Source: the human T2T-CHM13v2.0 reference genome, Homo sapiens
Reading direction: 5' to 3' (one strand)
NCBI RefSeq assembly: GCF_009914755.1
Contig: NC_060929.1
DNA length: 64,000 nucleotides
The number at the start of each line of letters is the position of its first letter. Within the stretch, counting starts at the first letter, position 1. The notes under the pieces were generated by a model, which was not told where the DNA came from, searched no databases, and saw only the letters and a list, made by a program, of their open reading frames with translations. This document shows, in pieces, positions 59,081-64,000 of the stretch. The position numbers were made by a program, and so were the translations under genes.

Positions 59081-60771
59081 AAAGTCTCCCAGAAAAGAAA
59101 AGCCCAGGATCCGATGGCTTCACTGCTAAATTCTACCAAACATCTAAAAAAGAACTAGTAATACTTCTACTCTAACTGTTGTGAAAAATAGAGGAGGAGG
59201 GGACACTATCAAATGCATTCTAGAAGGTCAATGTTATACTGATCCCCAAACTAGAAAAAGACATTCAAGAAAACAAAACTAAAGGTCAGTATTTTTAACG
59301 AATATTGATACAAACATTCTTAACGATACACTAGCAAACTGAATTAAACAATACATTAAAAAGATTATGCATCATGAATAAGTTGGATTTATCCCAGGGA
59401 TGCAAGAATGGTTCAACATACACAAATAAATCCATGTGGTACATCATATCAACAGAATGAAGCACAAAAACCACATGATAATTTCAATTGATGCTGAAAA
59501 AGAATTAAAGTTCAACATCCTGTAATGACAAAAACCCTTTAAAAATTGAGTATAGAAGGAACAGACCTCAACCTAATTAAAGCCATGTATAACGGACCAC
59601 ATGTAGTATCACATTGACTGGGTAAGAATTGAAAGTCTCTTCTCTTAGATCCGGAACATGACAAAGATCCCCACAGTCACCACTGTTATTTACTATAGTA
59701 CTGGAAGTCTTAGCTGGAGCAATCAGACAAGAGAAAGAAATAAAGGGCATCCAAATTGGAAAGGAAGAAGTCAAATTATCTGTGTTTTAACACTAAGCAA
59801 TCTAAAAAAAAGAAATTTAAAAAGTAATCACACGTATGAAAGCCACAAATAAAATTAAATATTAAGTTAATTTGAAATTAACTTAATCAAAGAAGTGGAA
59901 TATCTCTAGAGTGAAAAGTATACAATACTGATGAAAGAAATTGAAGAGAATAGAAAAAAAAAATGAAATTCCATGTTCATGGATTGGAAGAACCAATATT
60001 GTTACAATGTCCATACTACCCAAAGCAATCTACAGATTCAATGCAATCCCTATGAAAATACCAATGACATCCTTCATAGAAATAGAAAAAACAATCCTAA
60101 AACTTATAGGGAAATACAAAAGACCCAGAGTAACCAAAGCATCCTGAACAAAAAGAACACAACTGGAGGAATCACGTTACCTGACTTTGTACTACAGAGC
60201 TATAGTAATCAAAACAGCATGATACTGGCATAAAACCAGACACATAGACTAGAGAAACAGACTAGAGAACCCAGAAATAAATCCACAAATCTACAGTGAA
60301 CTCATTTTCAACAAAGGTGACAAGAACATATATTGGGGAAAACACAGTCTCTTCAATAAATGGTGAGGGGAAAACTGGATATCCATATGCTGAAGAAAGA
60401 AACTAGACCCTTCTCTCACCATATACAAAAACAAGTCAAAATGTATTAAAGACTTAAATCTAAGGCCTCAAACTATAAAAATACTATAAGAAAACATGCA
60501 GAAACTCTCCACAGCATTTGTCTGGACAAAAATTTCTTGAGTAATACCCCATAACACAGGCAACCAAAGCAAAAATTGACAAATGGGGTTACATCAAGTT
60601 AAAAAGCTTCTGCATAGAAAAGGAAAAAAATCAACAAAGTGAAGAGACAACCCACAGAATGGGAGAAAAAATTTCAAAACTACTCATCTGACAAGAGATT
60701 AATAACGAGAATAAGGAGCTCAAACAACTCTATGTGAAAAAAAAATCTAATTATCTGATTTTTTAAATGGG

Positions 60772-63338
60772 TGATTTGGTTTGGCTATGTGCCCCCACCC
60801 AAATCTCATCTTGTAGCTCCCATAATTCCCACATGTTGTGGGAGGGACCCCGTGGGAGATGATTGAATCATGGGGGCAGGTCTTTCCCTTGCTGTTCTTG
60901 TGATAGTGAATGGGTCTCATGAGATCTGATGGTTTTAAAAATGGGTGGGTGGATCATGAGGTCAGGAGATCGAGACCATCCTGGCTAAGATTGTGAAACA
61001 CCGTCTCTACTAAAAATACAAAGAATTGGCCAGACGTGGTGGCAGGCAACTGTAGTCCCAGCTACTCAGGAGACTGAGGCAGGAGAATGGCGTGAACCTG
61101 GGAGGCAGAGCTTGCAGTGAGCTGAGGTGGCAACACTGCACTCCAGGCTGGGTGACAGAGTAAGACTCCATCTCAAAAGAAAAAAAAAAACAAAAACAAA
61201 AACAAGGGGGAGTTTCCCTGCACAATCTCTTTTTGCCTGCTGCTATCCATGTAAAACGTGACTTGCTCCTTCTTACCTTCCACCATGTTTGTGAGGCCTC
61301 CCCAGCCACATGGAACTGTGAGTCCAATTAAACTCCTTTCCTTTGTAAATTGTCCAGTCTTGGGTATGTCTTTATCAGCAGTGTGAAAATGGACTAACAC
61401 AGTAAATTGTTAACAGTAGAGTGGGGCACCACTGAAAGATACCTGAAAATGTAGAGGCAAGCCACTTTGGAACTGGGTAACAGGCAGAGGTTGGAACAGT
61501 TTGGAGGGCTCAGAAGAAGATAGGAAAATGTGGGAAAGTTTGGAACTTCTTAGAGACTTACTGAATGGCTTTGACCAAAAGCCTGACAGCAACATGGACA
61601 ATAAGGTCCAAGCTGAGGTGGTTGCAGATGGAGATGAGGAACTTGTTTGGAACTGGAGCAAAGGTGACTCTTGTTATGTTTTAGCAAAGAGACTGGTGGC
61701 ATTTTGCCCCTGTCCTAGAGATTTGTGAAACTTTGAACTTGAGAGAGATAATTTAGGATATCTGACTGATGAAATTCCTAAGCAGCAAATCATTCAAGAG
61801 GTGACTTGGGTGCTGTGAGAATCATTCAGTTTTAAAAGGGAAACAGAGTATAAAAGTTCAGAAAATTTTCAGCCAGACAATGTGATGGAAAAGAAAATCC
61901 CATTATCTGAAGAGAAATTCAAGAGGGCTGAAGAAATTTGCCTAAGTAAGGAGGAGCCAAATGTTAATCCCCAAGACAAGGGGGAAAATATCTCCAGGGC
62001 ATGTTAGAGGTCTTCACAGCAGTCCCTTTCATCACAGTCCTGGAGGCCTAGGAAGAAAAAAAGGTTTCATGGGCCAGGCCCAGGGTCCTTGTGCTGTGTG
62101 CAATTTAGGGACTTGGTGCCTGGCTTCCCAACCACTCCAGCTGTGATCAAAAGTGGCCAAGGTACAGCTTGGGCCATGGCTTCAGAGGGTGCAAGCCACA
62201 AGCCTTAGCAGTTTCCACATGGTGTTGAGCCTGCCAGTGCACACAAGTCAAGAATTGGGGTTTGGGAACCTCTACCTAGATTTCAGAAATTGTATGGAAT
62301 GGCCTAGATGCCCAGGCAGAAGTTTGCTGCAGGGGTGGGGCCCTCATGAAGAACCTCTGCTAGGGCAGTGTGGAAGGGAAATGTGAGGTCGGAGCCCCCA
62401 CACAGAGTCCCTATTGGGGCACTGCCCAGTGGAGCTATGAGAAGAGAGCCACAACCCTCAAACCCCATAATGGTAGATCCATTGACAGCTTGCACCATCC
62501 ACCTGGAAACACTGCAGATACTCAATGCCAGCTGTGAAAGCAGCTGGGAGGGAGGCTGTACCCTGCAAAGCCACAGGGTTGGAGCTACCCAAGACTATGG
62601 GAACCTACCTCTTGCATAAGTGTGACCTGAATGGGAGACACAGAGTCAAAGGAGATCATTTTGGAGCTTTAAGATTGACTGCCCTGCTGGCATTCAGACT
62701 TGCATGGGGCCTGTAGCCCCTTTGTTTTGGCCAATTTCTTCCATTTGGAATGGCTGTATTTACCCAATGCCAGTACCCCATTGTATCTAGGAAGTACCTA
62801 TCTTGCTTTTGATTTTACAGGCTCATAGGCAGAAGGGACACGCCTTGTCTAGGATGAGACTTTGGAATATGGACTTTTGATTTAATGCTGAAATGAGTTG
62901 AGACTTTGGGGGACTATTAGGAAGGCATGATTGGTTTTGAAATGTGAGGACATTTGGGAGGTGCTGGGGTGGAATGATATGGTTTGGCCCTGTGTCTCCA
63001 CCCAAATCTCATCTTATAGCTCCCGTAATTCCCACATGTTGTGGGAAGGACCTTGTGGGGGATGATTGAATCATGGGGGTAAGTGTTTCCCATGCTGGTC
63101 TCATGATAGTGAATGTGTCTCATGAGATCTTATGGTTTCAAAAATGAGAGTTTCCCTGCACAATCTCTATTTGCCTGCTGCTATCCATGTAAAACGTGAC
63201 TTGCTCCTTCTTGCCTTCCACCATGATGGTGAGGCCTCCCCAGCCACATGGAACTGTAAGTCCAATTAAACCTTTCTCTTTTGCAAATTGCCCAGTCTTC
63301 ATATGTCTTTAGCAGCAATGTGAGAATGGACTAATACA
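60772..63338 (+). mobile_element. complete THE1 (THE1A-like) MaLR: 5' LTR 60772-61401, internal 61402-62974, 3' LTR 62975-63338
   Basis: TGAT(T/A)TGGTTTGGC...GGACTAA(C/T)ACA LTRs; 5-bp TSD ATGGG/ATGGA; internal gag-like remnant GSEEDRKMWESLELLRDLLNGFDQ. Confidence 0.95.
60945..61203 (+). mobile_element. 5'-truncated AluY within the THE1 5' LTR
   Basis: Starts at GTGGGTGGATCATGAGGTCAGGAGATCGAG; GGCGTGAACC, GAGCTTGCAG; absent from the 3' LTR. Confidence 0.93.
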
Positions 63339-64000
63339 ATGGACAAAATATTGGAATAGACATTTCTCAAAAGAACATATACAATTTGCAAACAGGTATA
63401 TGAAAAGGTTCTTGACTTCACTGATTTTAAGAGAAATGCCAGACAAAACCACAATGAAATATCATCTTATCCCACTTAAAATGGCTTTTATCCAGAAGTC
63501 AGGCAATAACAAATGCTTGTGAGGGTGTGGAGGAAAGGAAACCTTTGTACACTGTTGGTGGGAATGTAAGTTAGTACAACCACTCTGCAGAACTCTTTGG
63601 AGCTTGTCAAAAAAATAAAAGTAGAGCTACCATATGTTCTAGAAATCCCACTGCTGGGTATATATCCAAAAGACAGAAAATTAGTAACTCAAAGAGATAT
63701 CTGTAGTCCCATGTTTATAGCATACTGTTCCTTATAGCTAAGATTTGGAAGAAACCTAAGTGTCCATCTACAGATGAACTGATTAAAAAAATGTGGTACT
63801 TATACATGATGGAGTACTATTATTCAGCCCTAAAAAAGAATAAGATTATGCCATTTGCAACAACATGGATAGAACTGGAGGTGATTATATTAGGTGAAAT
63901 AAGCTGGTTACAAAAAGGAAAATACTGCATGTACTCACTTATTTGTGGGATCTAAAAATCAAAACGATTGAACCCATGGAGAAAGATAATAGAAGGATGA

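Noticed and set aside
59775-59800. Deletion removing the RT FADD motif of the L1MA
   Set aside because: One of many random deletions in a long-dead element; no evidence of specificity
61410-63123. Cluster of 60-83 aa ORFs
   Set aside because: Decayed THE1 internal region and LTR; no intact gag-like frame

Overview
AT-rich primate genomic DNA, probably hominid: it carries an L1PA2-type 3' end and several AluY copies. It looks like gene-poor intronic or intergenic sequence, roughly half interspersed repeats. I found no protein-coding exon I can recognise, no RNA gene and no CRISPR. Nearly all ORF-track entries are Alu, L1, MaLR or microsatellite read-throughs, or chance AT-rich ORFs. Main content: (1) a rearranged, chimeric L1PA4/5-L1PA7 element with an inversion (5.0-8.7 kb); (2) an old L1MA element carrying an LTR10 solo LTR with a 24-bp VNTR (15-19.7 kb); (3) a near full-length L1MA1/2-type element (55-64 kb) hosting an AluSc, an L1PA8-10 3' piece that replaced more than 1.5 kb of it, and a complete THE1 element with an AluY in its 5' LTR; (4) about 15 Alus, several ERV/MaLR LTRs, hAT MITEs and MIR/L2 relics. 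I did not find a convincing new biological system. The best leads are retrotransposon-mediated rearrangements, a ~100-bp near-perfect hairpin in unique sequence, a close inverted AluY pair, a duplicated AP-1 site, candidate non-coding micro-exons and enhancer-like motif clusters. Subfamily names come from recalled consensus sequences and need RepeatMasker/Dfam confirmation.
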